From Glycera tridactyla (Eukaryota): a DNA stretch of 64,000 bases. The stretch is from positions 95,976,001 to 96,040,000 of the forward strand of contig OZ286465.1 in the NCBI GenBank assembly GCA_965644265.1, given 5' to 3'. Both the position numbers and the translations under genes were made by a program. The notes below the pieces were generated by a model. That model was not told the DNA's origin. It searched no databases and saw nothing but the letters and a program-made list of their open reading frames with translations. This document shows, piece after piece, positions 38,975 through 51,641 of the stretch (the first letter of the stretch is position 1; the number at the start of each line of letters is the position of its first letter).

Positions 38975-39581
38975 ACCACTGGCGCAGAAAACACAATAGA
39001 CATACTGAAGCAGATAAGGCAGTGAAATCGATGAAGCAGAGGGGAAAAATGCATAAGAATGAAAACCAGAAAGACAAACTCATAACAGACAGATGGACAG
39101 ACAGACATGCTAGTGTATATATCTTTTGCAAATATGTTGTTGTTGGTTCTTGAACGTAAAGTTAACCCACTTCAGAACAGTTGTTGAAGCGTGTTATGAT
39201 GTTTCGACCACTCTGCTAACAGTCTTGTTCACATACTGAGTCGGTGGTGGCTAGAGTGGTCGAAACGTCATAACACACTTCAACAACTGTTCCAAAGCAG
39301 GTTAACTTTACGTTCATCATGTATATATCTTGTTGGTGAGTTTGTTTGAGATGTATACATGTATGTATATGTATGTAGCAGGGAAAAGTGCCAGACACAT
39401 GGAAGAATCACAGAGGAAATACAGAAGTGTGAGAGACAAACATGTAAAATTTTGCTGAGTTCAGTCCCACTACTATACGAAGACAGTCTGAGACCACTCG
39501 CACAAAATGCACAATACACATACTGAAGCAGATGAAGCAGCAAAATGGAAGATGCGAAGGGAAAATGCGTAAGAATGAAAA
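38975..39581. repeat. Diverged ~90-bp direct repeats (38975-39065 and 39493-39581) flanking a long inverted repeat
   Basis: accact...cacaata(g/c)acatactgaagcagat...aaaatgc(a/g)taagaatgaaaa occurs in both. Confidence 0.75.
39151..39316. repeat. Inverted repeat: 64-bp arms (58/64 identical), 38-nt loop
   Basis: 39151-39214 vs reverse complement of 39253-39316; all six differences are transitions. Confidence 0.95.
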
Positions 39582-41925
39582 TGACACACTCCACCATGAT
39601 TCTGCATAATACAGTCAATGTCTGTTTCCGTCACTTATCTTCTAAGAATCTGTGTTGTCTTCCTTGAACATGCTTTGGAATTATAATTATTACTTATAGC
39701 AGTAGCATGTCTTCAGGACACTTCCCCCCTATTTGCAGATATCTTTTAAATAGATTGAAAGATTTCCATCAATGATATCTTCACAAGTGATTGAAAGCCA
39801 ACAAATATTTGCTGACTGATAGCAATAATCCAAATCATTATAATCGGGTAAAATACTTTGAACCAAGATGGTAGCAAAAGATGTCTTGGAAAGATGCTTC
39901 TGAAATAGGAAGATGATATTCATGCCACTTCTAGCTTCTGAAATGTCGTGCACTGATATGCAGTGAAGAGGGATAAGATATTCTATTTTTGCTGATTTCA
40001 TTCTGATTTCCAGAAAACTCAAATGAATCATCAGGTGGGACCAATGTTGGGGTCATCTATGAACCTTAGCTATTTAATACCCAAATGTCATTTTGTACTC
40101 TGACTCATTTCTATGGCCTATTACCAAGGTGAAATCTCTATTCAAGTATTCAAGAAGGTTGCACGATTTGATCCCAAGGCAAAAGGAAAGATATCATACC
40201 TATGATATCCAATTAGTATATATTTTTCACTAAGATTGCAATGCTTTCATCCTGCAATGATTGAGACACCTTACCTTGGAATACATCAATGATATTGATG
40301 ACCAAAATAGGCAAGGGCAGCCCTTTATGCTTGGCAGTGTCCAGCAATCATTCACCCCACTTTAGATCATCACTTTTTGAGGCCACCTCTTGTATGATAA
40401 TTCATGCATTGTGTCTTTTCATACGAACAATCAAATGAAAGCAAGAAACAAATGAATAGATGAAGTGATGGTATGTCTTGGATATTTTGAAATAATTAGG
40501 AGAGACTGGTTGCCGTGGAGAAAGGAGGAATCTGTTGTCTAAGTACTGCAGCAAATCTTCACAACCAGGTTAATCTCAAAGCAGTGCATTGTGGACAATT
40601 GTTATGTGCCCTCTACGGTGTAAACTTGAAACTAGCATGATACTGCCATCTAGAGGATGGCCATAGTGCTCGGTACACATATGCAATCATGGAGCTAGAG
40701 CCTAGAGTCTCCTCAATACTCTGTTACAGACTGCCATCTACCAGAAGTTGCTGCATACATGTGGTGCATGTTTAGTCACAGGCGCCCTCTACGGTAAGTA
40801 GCTTGATCGTGAACTGTAATCTATCGCAGGTTTCTGGCAGCATTCCTCTCCAATGCGCAGAGCAGTCGGTGAATATCTGTATTCTACATGGTAGTGTCAC
40901 AGCGCCTCTGTATTCGTTGGTATCTGATGCATTGGGCGAACATCAAGCACACATTCGAAGAACTGCAGCCATATGTAGTAGCCATACATATGTAGATAGC
41001 TAGGAACCAAGCCATACTCTCCACCACCTCCTGTGCAGCTTCACAAAAACATCTTTTGATGGATTGTGTATCGCAAGTCATCTCACAAAATTATACCAGA
41101 AAGAATTTTTGACTGCAGGCAGTGAAATTATTCGAATACATTCTCAAAAACTTCAACTGCCAGCAATATTTTCGGTCAACCAGTCAATGGCTCATTCATG
41201 GATGTTTTGAGAAGTTCCTTTCTTCTGAATTTTGTTCTGAATGAGTCTAGTGTTTGTTCCCAGATCAATAGATGGATAAATCAAGCTATTGACTAAATCC
41301 AAAAATATTTTCAATGTATTTTATTTTTGTGCAAAAATGTAAATCAACAGTGATCTATTTCTCATATTTGATTTCCCGGCTGATTTCGATTTGGACCACC
41401 TAATTTTGAATAACATCCAAATCGCTGCACATCTGGCAATCTTGGAATGTCATGTATTTGTCAATCAAGGAGGCAGGGGAGGGTCTTGTTCCCTGCAACT
41501 TCTCATGATTTGTGCCTAAGTACTGAATTTCATATATTCAGATAATGATAGCCATATGCTCAAAATTGTGATTCAGTATCAGCAATGAAATCACTGAATC
41601 ATCCAACAATTTCATAAAATTTTGAGCAAATAAAGAATGCTATCATATAATGCAAACACCCATCTGTGACCAGACAATACTGATTAAACATCAGCCATTG
41701 ATTTTCTTTATTCCAAATGTATTCTGGACGACAAAAACGTTTCTGATGAAGGATTGAATGAATTAGTTTGATATGATTGAAGTTTTCTATGATTGGAGAA
41801 ATTTTGGGGCATGCACAGAAGGGGTCCAGCTTGGTAGCTATGGATAAATACAAAGGAGATAGATGGTGCTATACCTGCCGTTGCCATCCAGGGGGCGGGG
41901 CGTTGACTGAGTCTTGGAAACTTAC

Positions 41926-42024
41926 ATTTGGCTTCTTGAGGGGTGTGAGATAATCGGGATGGTCCAGATCCACACGCGGACATTGCTTCGGAAACAACGG
42001 ATGGATGCCATCTTTATTACTCAT
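41926..42024 (-). CDS. Probable first coding exon (33 aa) of an unidentified spliced gene
   Basis: ATG at 42024-42022 with an in-frame TGA shortly upstream and no acceptor. The frame reads MSNKDGIHPLFPKQCPRVDLDHPDYLTPLKKPN to a phase-0 donor AAT|gtaagt. Locally CpG-enriched, with a GC box (ggggcgggg) just inside the intron. Confidence 0.65.
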
Positions 42025-42037
42025 GACACGTTTGTTC

Positions 42038-42049
42038 ACTTTCACTTTC
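42038..42049 (-). promoter_or_regulatory. IRF-E/ISRE and PRDM1-type motif GAAAGTGAAAGT
   Basis: Exact consensus match about 14 nt upstream of the ATG of the 41926-42024 exon. Motif match only. Confidence 0.4.
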
Positions 42050-42357
42050 AGAATACTAGCTACATCTAATCACGGCGCATTCAAAATATTTTAGTACCAC
42101 TACTCATCTAGAACTGGTAGCTAGGGTAAAATCTAGATGTAAAACTAGATGGCAATAAAAAGTCTAGGAATTGCCAAAAACACTTCCACAAGATGTAAAA
42201 ATGTGTCTAAAATGGTTGCTTGTTAGTCGCGGATCAAAAAACACAACACGAACATCTACGGAGCCCACACTGTAAAACAGTTTCACACATCCAACCAACT
42301 TCAACAAAATACAGTTGGAGTAATTCCATTGAAGTCTCAGGGCATTATAAAATGGAG

Positions 42358-42360
<3 letters not shown>

Positions 42361-42409
<49 letters not shown>

Positions 42410-42421
42410 CATACATACATA
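42361..42421. repeat. (AT)n plus (ACAT)n microsatellite
   Basis: Direct reading. Confidence 0.97.
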
Positions 42422-42806
42422 TATATCTACATATTTATATATATCAAACTGCTATGATATCTTGAATCAATCACAGCTACCACCAGAAACGTCTCTTTCA
42501 AGTGGGCGTGACCCGAAGACTTCAGTGAAATTGAATCCTAGCTGGATGGCTCTTTTAATATTTCCATAGAGATGATATCATCAAAAACGACTATCAAAAT
42601 GCAAACTGCAAAATGTCAAAAAAATATGAAAAATACTCGAAAATTGGTTAATCACGTTGGACACTTATGTTAGTTGTGGTCGTTGGACTCAATCAGTCAA
42701 TTGTTCTGTTCACACCTGTAATGTTCGGCTCACATGAGTAAGTCAGTGCTCACAAACCCTTGACAGAGTATGTTGGAGGAGTATCCTCTAAGAGAAACAG
42801 TACTCA

Positions 42807-42981
42807 CAGTCGAACCAGTATAAAAAGGCTACCTTCAGTCGATTCAGAACGTGGCTTCTGTCGGCAGATGGTCTTTATAGAGAGGTCATCTACTGTTGAG
42901 AATACTATCAGAGTCGCATCTCATAGAGGCTTTCATAAGATGACCTTTACAGAGAGGTGAAGTCTCGAACAGGTTCAACTG
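42807..42981. mobile_element. Diverged CAGT...ACTG MITE (175 bp)
   Basis: cagtcgaacc ... ggttcaactg termini; same length class as the other MITEs. Confidence 0.6.
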
Positions 42982-43560
42982 GACATACTATTTGTGTCCA
43001 TATATTGTAATGTACATGTATATGCATAGTGTGAAGTATATGCTCGAGAATACATTCCTATGTGCTAACTGAAAATACAAAACCAAAATGGAAGGTAGGC
43101 ATGTGTGTTCACCTCCATAATTACCAAGGTTGTTTCGATTATCATTAAAGTATAGATATAACAGAATCTATAGTACCAGCCCATGAAATTCATGAGTAAT
43201 ATCTCACATTATGAAAGTAAAACAAGCAGACAGATTTATTTGTAGATTAGGGAATGGAATCCCACAGCAATCTCACTATATATGATAGACATTTCCTTGA
43301 ATCACAGATTCTCATTCTTTTTTTCATCATTTATTTCCATCATTTTCATGCTGGAGCTCCTCCTGTCTGCTACAGGAATGTATTCTGATGAGATCATCAC
43401 AAACATGGCAGTTACAAAGTCACTGTTCGGGATCATTGGTCTAGTATTTTGTTGCATGCAATGAGAAGACGAAAAATAATTTAAAAATGGTTGCCAACCT
43501 TTAGTCACTTGTCCAAGTCTTCTGTTTTGAGTAGTAATGTAGTGAATACCATCATATCAG

Positions 43561-43561
<1 letters not shown>

Positions 43562-43605
<44 letters not shown>
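43562..43605. repeat. (TG)22 microsatellite
   Basis: Direct reading. Confidence 0.97.
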
Positions 43606-43606
<1 letters not shown>

Positions 43607-43969
43607 ATGCTTACATGCATGTGTATGGTCATATGTCAGTGCTTGCATGCACATGCGGAGCTGGAGAAAACAAGGTACAGCCTCACTTTCATTCTCGCAG
43701 TGGAGAATCTCAAAAAGCAGTGCATCCCAACTGATGACCCCCCTTCCTCCCCCTTAAAAAAAAGCAATTAAAAACAACCAGATCTCCAATCATATACTGC
43801 CCATCATTCCCCCCCACAAAGCATACATCCACGAAGCATACATCCATCTCATTACCTGGAGTTGCGATGGCAGCTCCGGTGTATGTTTCACAATACAGTA
43901 CTATCATTATTAGTATTATTGACTGAGAGGAGGTAACTCTGCAACCAAGCCAGTTTTTCTTATTATGCA

Positions 43970-44158
43970 CAATGAACAACACGACTCATTGGAGGTTTTC
44001 TGACTCTTCGAAGCCAGTCGTTCAAGAGAGGTGGGCGCTCTTAAGAGGGCTTGCTCATTAAAGGTGAAATATAAACGAAAAATGATTTTGGCGATGAAAA
44101 GCAGTCGTTCAAGAGAGGTGGTCGCCCATTAGAAGGTCACTCATAGCGGGTTTTACTG
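43970..44158. mobile_element. Diverged MITE with intact right terminus ggttttactg|ta
   Basis: Internal repeat cagtcgttcaagagaggtgg occurs twice; left terminus eroded. Confidence 0.55.
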
Positions 44159-44329
44159 TATTGTCCTTTGGCCCACGAACGTTTTCAGATACAAGTGCTA
44201 TCCTTCTTCAGGTGGTTTTGATAGGACCTGATATGACTCGTTTGACTGACCCAGGCAGACAATTATTATTACTATTATTATTATCATTATATTCCATTGA
44301 AAAGCACAAATAACATTTTCAGAAATTAT

Positions 44330-44390
44330 CCAATTTCTTGTGGATTTGAACCTGATATCTCCAGCATGGCAGCAATAACCTAGCCTGTAA
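44330..44390 (-). mobile_element. tRNA-derived SINE head remnant
   Basis: Reverse complement ctgccatgctggagatatcaGGTTCAAATCC contains a Pol III B box; no full cloverleaf. Confidence 0.4.
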
Positions 44391-45810
44391 AGGAGCAAAG
44401 TTGTATGGTGATATATGTGGACTGCTCATTTTTGGTTCATGACATTAAACAAACCAAAATTTAAATCAAACTTTCAGAATACACAGTCATGTAACAATTT
44501 GATACTATTGGATTTTCCAAAATCAGAATGCATACATCACAGTACTCTATGGCTTCATATTTTGACAGATTTAGCAGTATATCAGAGGTATAATTTAATC
44601 AATTCACACATTGCAGACTTGAAAAGATACTGGTATGTGTAGTCACAGGATGGAAGACAGATGTGAGGATGAAGAGAAATGCGGGGCGCTGTCGCCTGAC
44701 TTGGGTGAAGGAGTTCTGTCTGCTCTAAGCTGCGGGTGTGTGCAGCGCTTTGTCAAGCAATTCAATATGGCTGTCGTTGGTGACAATGGTGGCGGCACCC
44801 ACAGCTAGAGCTGCATCTGGTGGTAATGTCACCGTGGCTTCAATGTTGGCACTCAATCCACCATACACCCTTCTTACACTATCTCACATACTAGTTCCTC
44901 CATAGAAAACACACAGTCTCTTCCATCCCCAGATGATTCCCATTATACCATAACAACATTTTGGCTATAGCTAATCAGTGACCTGAAATGATTCAATTTG
45001 CGCAAATGATTTGTTAAGTAATCATCATTCTTGATGTTGGGTCATTGTGGTTGAACATTTTCCTAATCTTGTTTGTTTTAATGAAAAATTGCAAAAGAAA
45101 TGGATTTGCAATTCTGCATTGTCCCTCGTGAAACCGAGAGCAAGAAATCCAACAGGGACTCAATTTTGCCAGATTGATTTTTCTATCATAATTCAATCTG
45201 GGGTACATCTTGAGAAATGTAGCTATTTACCACCATAAATAGCGCTAAAAAGTGGTCTTACAATACAGGCTAAGATTGACTTGAGAATGTCAAATGAAAA
45301 GAGCTTAAAAAAGTGATCTCTCAAAACAGATCATCTTTCATCAGAAGGTCCCTAGTCGCGGGTTCCACTGATTAGGGATACCTGTACAACGGAACTCGTC
45401 ATCTCCAGAATGCTCTCACTACTACTGCTGTATGAGACTCTAGATATCAGCAACAGTCTTTGAAGGTGACAGTCATAGTCTTTGAAAGTGTGCTACACCC
45501 TACATGTTTCAGACATAGGGGAGGCATTGCTCTTTCCCGTCTTCATGTTTGTAAATTTCTCCACGGGAATCCCATCAGGAGGGAAAACCTTTTAGCAAAT
45601 GATTTCAGCAAAATGGAAATGATTCTAGGAATTCAGAAAGCATTTTGTAGAAATCAGAACATTTCATTTAATTAGTTCACCAAAATGAAAAATCAGTGGC
45701 GTTCTCATGTCAAATCTCATTTTTTCATCAAAGCAAATGATATTAGAGAAACTTTCCTTTACATAATCCCATCACAATCACCATTGTGACATTACAAATT
45801 AAAATGACTT

Positions 45811-45891
45811 CAGGGCAGCATTTCTAGTCGAATATACCTACAACGAGAGACCACCTCCTTTTGAGAGACTGCTTTTTTGTGAGTTTCACTG
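45811..45891. mobile_element. Truncated MITE (24496 family), duplicated at 49230-49310
   Basis: cagggcagc...aatatacct...gagagaccacct...gtttcactg|ta. Confidence 0.75.
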
Positions 45892-47033
45892 TATTGCTGT
45901 TTACCACCTATATGTCAGTAATCGACTTTGCAGTGAAATATGCCCCCTATTTTTCAGACATATGATATGCACTGCTGTTTCCCATCTATATGTTAGTAAC
46001 CAACTTTGCTGGTGGGATATGCCCTATATATTTCAGACATGGGAGAAGGATCGCTGTTGTCCAACTATACGTTGGTAGTAGACATGGATAGTGGGATGTG
46101 CCCCACATATTACAGACATAGAAGCACTGCTGTCTCCCATTTATACCATGGTGGTGAGATATGCCCTATAAATTCAGACATAAAAGATGCATGGTAGTTT
46201 CCCATCTATTTGTAAGTAACCGACTTTGGTTGAGAGATAGGCCCTATATATTTAAGACACTGAAGGAGAAGGGCTGCTGTTTCCCGTCTATATGTCACTG
46301 ATGAACTTCAATGGTGAGATATACCCTATATATAGACAAAGGAGAAGCAATACTGTTTACCATCTATATGTTAGTAACTGACTTTAGCAGTGAAATATGC
46401 CCCATATATTTCAGAGAGAGAATTACCGTTGTTTCCAGTCTATATCTTAGCGACTGACGTTGATGCTGAGATATGCCCTATATATCTCAATCATAGGAGA
46501 TGCCCTGCTGTTTACCATCTATATGTTAGTAACTGACTTTAGCTGTGATATATGCTCCATATATTTCATACAGAGAAGCACTGTTGTGTCCAGTCTATAT
46601 GTTAGTAACTGACTTTAGCTGTGATATATGCTCCATATATTTCAGACAGAGAGGCACTGTTGTGTCCAGTCTATATGTTAGTAACTGACTTTAGCTGTGA
46701 TATATGCTCCATATATTTCAGACAGAGAAGCACTGGTGTCTCCAGTCTATTGTTAGTGACTGACGTTGATGGTGAGATATGCCCTGTATATTTCAGACAT
46801 AGGAGAAGCAATACTGTTTACCATCTATATGTTAGTAACTGACTTGAGCAGTGAAATATGCCCTATATATTTCATACAGAGAATTACCGTTGTATCCAGT
46901 CTATATATTAGTAACTGACTCTGATGGTGAGATATGCCCTATATATTTCAGACAGAGAATTGCCGTTGTTTCCAGTCTATATGTAAGTGACTGACATTGA
47001 TGGTGAGATATGTCCTATATATTTCAGACATAG
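45892..47033. repeat. Degenerate ~76-bp minisatellite, about 15 units (copy at 49311-50452)
   Basis: Recurrent ctatatgttagtaactgacttt...gatatgccctatatatttcagaca; unit starts at 46579, 46655 and 46731 are 76 bp apart. Confidence 0.92.
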
Positions 47034-47560
47034 TTCATTACAAGGAGAATCATGTCCTGTCGTGTCATTCTTTTATTGGAGATAATAGCAACAGATGATG
47101 ATGGATAAATGTGGAGGTCACGGACACTATGTGACCCCTACCTAATATTGGCTGCTCTGGATCTGCAACGGATCCAAGCATCACCCTTGACTTCGCCCAT
47201 CTGGCAGACAGGTAAATGGATATAAATGATCGGGGATCACGTGCCACCCTCGCAAATACATCAGTAGGAATGGCCCTGAGTGGAAAGAGCAGTAAAAGCT
47301 CAGTGACACTGACTTAGATCAAGAGGCATTTCATACAAAAGTTAAAGTACCAACGGAAGTCACCTTGAACAATTCAAACTGTTTCAGTTATCCTACCAGC
47401 CAATATTCAGAAGAGTTCTGCATAATTCTGTAGATTATTTAGTAATCTGACACCCCAATCAGCACAGGGTGTTGCTAGCTGAACAAGTTGGTTTGGTCTG
47501 ATTGAAAGATTACCAGGTTCAGTATCAACATGAAATCAGTTGTCCTCCTATGCCACCTGA

Positions 47561-48225
47561 CTCAGCCCAGTAACCAGTTGACCTGATTGGACTAACATAT
47601 ACCGTAAACCAGTCATGGTGGCTCAGCCCAGTAACCAGTTGACCTGATTGGACTAACATATACCGTAAACCGGTCATGGTGGCTCAGCCCAGTAACCAGT
47701 TGACTTGATTGGACTAACATATACCGTAAACCGGTCATGGTGGCTCAGCCCAGTAACCAGTTGCCCTGATTGGACTAACATATATTGTAAAACCGGTTAT
47801 GGTGGCTCAGCCCAGTAACCAGTTGCCCTGATTGGACTAACATATACTGTAAAACCGGTCATGGTGGCTCATCCCAGTAACCAGTTGCCCTGACATGAAA
47901 CCGGTCATGGTGGCTCAGCCAAGTAACCAGTTGACCTGATTTGACTAACATATACCGTAAAACCGGTCATGGTGGCTCAGCCCAGTAACCAGTTGACCTG
48001 ATTGGACTAATATATACCGTAAAACCGGTCATGGTGGCTCAGCCCAGTAACCAGTTGACCTGATTGGACTAACATATACCGTAAAACCGGTCATGGTGGC
48101 TCAGCCCAGTAACCAGTTGACCTGATTGGCCTAACATATATTGTAAAACCGGTCATGGTGGCTCAGCCCAGTAACCAGTTGACCTGATTGGACTAACATA
48201 TAATGTGAAACCGGTCATGGTGGCT
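47561..48225. repeat. 61-62-bp minisatellite, 11 units (one shortened to 46 bp)
   Basis: Unit ctcagcccagtaaccagttgacctgattggactaacatataccgtaaaaccggtcatggtgg; starts at 47561, 47622, 47683, 47744, 47806, 47868, 47914, 47976, 48038, 48100, 48162. Confidence 0.97.
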
Positions 48226-51200
48226 AGAGCTGCATCTGGTGGTAATGTCACCGTGGCTTCAATGTTGGCACTCAATCCACCATACACCCTTCTTACACTA
48301 TCTCACATACTAGTTCCTCCATAGAAAACACACAGTCTCTTCCATCCCCAGATGATTCCCATTATACCATAACAACATTTTGGCTATAGCTAATCAGTGA
48401 CCTGAAATGATTCAATTTGCGCAAATGATTTGTTAAGTAATCATCATTCTTGATGTTGGGTCATTGTGGTTGAACATTTTCCTAATCTTGTTTGTTTTAA
48501 TGAAAAATTGCAAAAGAAATGGATTTGCAATTCTGCATTGTCCCTCGTGAAACCGAGAGCAAGAAATCCAACAGGGACTCAATTTTGCCAGATTGATTTT
48601 TCTATCATAATTCAATCTGGGGTACATCTTGAGAAATGTAGCTATTTACCACCATAAATAGCGCTAAAAAGTGGTCTTACAATACAGGCTAAGATTGACT
48701 TGAGAATGTCAAATGAAAAGAGCTTAAAAAAGTGATCTCTCAAAACAGATCATCTTTCATCAGAAGGTCCCTAGTCGCGGGTTCCACTGATTAGGGATAC
48801 CTGTACAACGGAACTCGTCATCTCCAGAATGCTCTCACTACTACTGCTGTATGAGACTCTAGATATCAGCAACAGTCTTTGAAGGTGACAGTCATAGTCT
48901 TTGAAAGTGTGCTACACCCTACATGTTTCAGACATAGGGGAGGCATTGCTCTTTCCCGTCTTCATGTTTGTAAATTTCTCCACGGGAATCCCATCAGGAG
49001 GGAAAACCTTTTAGCAAATGATTTCAGCAAAATGGAAATGATTCTAGGAATTCAGAAAGCATTTTGTAGAAATCAGAACATTTCATTTAATTAGTTCACC
49101 AAAATGAAAAATCAGTGGCGTTCTCATGTCAAATCTCATTTTTTCATCAAAGCAAATGATATTAGAGAAACTTTCCTTTACATAATCCCATCACAATCAC
49201 CATTGTGACATTACAAATTAAAATGACTTCAGGGCAGCATTTCTAGTCGAATATACCTACAACGAGAGACCACCTCCTTTTGAGAGACTGCTTTTTTGTG
49301 AGTTTCACTGTATTGCTGTTTACCACCTATATGTCAGTAATCGACTTTGCAGTGAAATATGCCCCCTATTTTTCAGACATATGATATGCACTGCTGTTTC
49401 CCATCTATATGTTAGTAACCAACTTTGCTGGTGGGATATGCCCTATATATTTCAGACATGGGAGAAGGATCGCTGTTGTCCAACTATACGTTGGTAGTAG
49501 ACATGGATAGTGGGATGTGCCCCACATATTACAGACATAGAAGCACTGCTGTCTCCCATTTATACCATGGTGGTGAGATATGCCCTATAAATTCAGACAT
49601 AAAAGATGCATGGTAGTTTCCCATCTATTTGTAAGTAACCGACTTTGGTTGAGAGATAGGCCCTATATATTTAAGACACTGAAGGAGAAGGGCTGCTGTT
49701 TCCCGTCTATATGTCACTGATGAACTTCAATGGTGAGATATACCCTATATATAGACAAAGGAGAAGCAATACTGTTTACCATCTATATGTTAGTAACTGA
49801 CTTTAGCAGTGAAATATGCCCCATATATTTCAGAGAGAGAATTACCGTTGTTTCCAGTCTATATCTTAGCGACTGACGTTGATGCTGAGATATGCCCTAT
49901 ATATCTCAATCATAGGAGATGCCCTGCTGTTTACCATCTATATGTTAGTAACTGACTTTAGCTGTGATATATGCTCCATATATTTCATACAGAGAAGCAC
50001 TGTTGTGTCCAGTCTATATGTTAGTAACTGACTTTAGCTGTGATATATGCTCCATATATTTCAGACAGAGAGGCACTGTTGTGTCCAGTCTATATGTTAG
50101 TAACTGACTTTAGCTGTGATATATGCTCCATATATTTCAGACAGAGAAGCACTGGTGTCTCCAGTCTATTGTTAGTGACTGACGTTGATGGTGAGATATG
50201 CCCTGTATATTTCAGACATAGGAGAAGCAATACTGTTTACCATCTATATGTTAGTAACTGACTTGAGCAGTGAAATATGCCCTATATATTTCATACAGAG
50301 AATTACCGTTGTATCCAGTCTATATATTAGTAACTGACTCTGATGGTGAGATATGCCCTATATATTTCAGACAGAGAATTGCCGTTGTTTCCAGTCTATA
50401 TGTAAGTGACTGACATTGATGGTGAGATATGTCCTATATATTTCAGACATAGTTCATTACAAGGAGAATCATGTCCTGTCGTGTCATTCTTTTATTGGAG
50501 ATAATAGCAACAGATGATGATGGATAAATGTGGAGGTCACGGACACTATGTGACCCCTACCTAATATTGGCTGCTCTGGATCTGCAACGGATCCAAGCAT
50601 CACCCTTGACTTCGCCCATCTGGCAGACAGGTAAATGGATATAAATGATCGGGGATCACGTGCCACCCTCGCAAATACATCAGTAGGAATGGCCCTGAGT
50701 GGAAAGAGCAGTAAAAGCTCAGTGACACTGACTTAGATCAAGAGGCATTTCATACAAAAGTTATAGTACCAACGGAAGTCACCTTGAACAATTCAAACTG
50801 TTTCAGTTATCCTACCAGCCAATATTCAGAAGAGTTCTGCATAATTCTGTAGATTATTTAGTAATCTGACACCCCAATCAGCACAGGGTGTTGCTAGCTG
50901 AACAAGTTGGTTTGGTCTGATTGAAAGATTACCAGGTTCAGTATCAACATGAAATCAGTTGTCCTCCTATGCCACCTGACTCAGCCCAGTAACCAGTTGA
51001 CCTGATTGGACTAACATATACCGTAAACCAGTCATGGTGGCTCAGCCCAGTAACCAGTTGACCTGATTGGACTAACATATACCGTAAACCGGTCATGGTG
51101 GCTCAGCCCAGTAACCAGTTGACTTGATTGGACTAACATATACCGTAAACCGGTCATGGTGGCTCAGCCCAGTAACCAGTTGCCCTGATTGGACTAACAT

Positions 51201-51641
51201 ATATTGTAAAACCGGTTATGGTGGCTCAGCCCAGTAACCAGTTGCCCTGATTGGACTAACATATACTGTAAAACCGGTCATGGTGGCTCATCCCAGTAAC
51301 CAGTTGCCCTGACATGAAACCGGTCATGGTGGCTCAGCCAAGTAACCAGTTGACCTGATTTGACTAACATATACCGTAAAACCGGTCATGGTGGCTCAGC
51401 CCAGTAACCAGTTGACCTGATTGGACTAATATATACCGTAAAACCGGTCATGGTGGCTCAGCCCAGTAACCAGTTGACCTGATTGGACTAACATATACCG
51501 TAAAACCGGTCATGGTGGCTCAGCCCAGTAACCAGTTGACCTGATTGGCCTAACATATATTGTAAAACCGGTCATGGTGGCTCAGCCCAGTAACCAGTTG
51601 ACCTGATTGGACTAACATATAATGTGAAACCGGTCATGGTG
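48223..51641. repeat. Tandem duplication, unit 2 (3419 bp)
   Basis: See unit 1. The only difference I noticed is 47345 A vs 50764 T. Confidence 0.98.

Larger units (their letters stand above)
44804..48222. repeat. Tandem duplication, unit 1 (3419 bp)
   Basis: Near-identical to 48223-51641; the ORF track shows five identical ORF pairs offset by 3419. Confidence 0.98.

Noticed and set aside
40269-40400. Minus-strand exon ending at a gtaagg donor
   Set aside because: No adequate acceptor, and there are stops in all frames within a short distance upstream.
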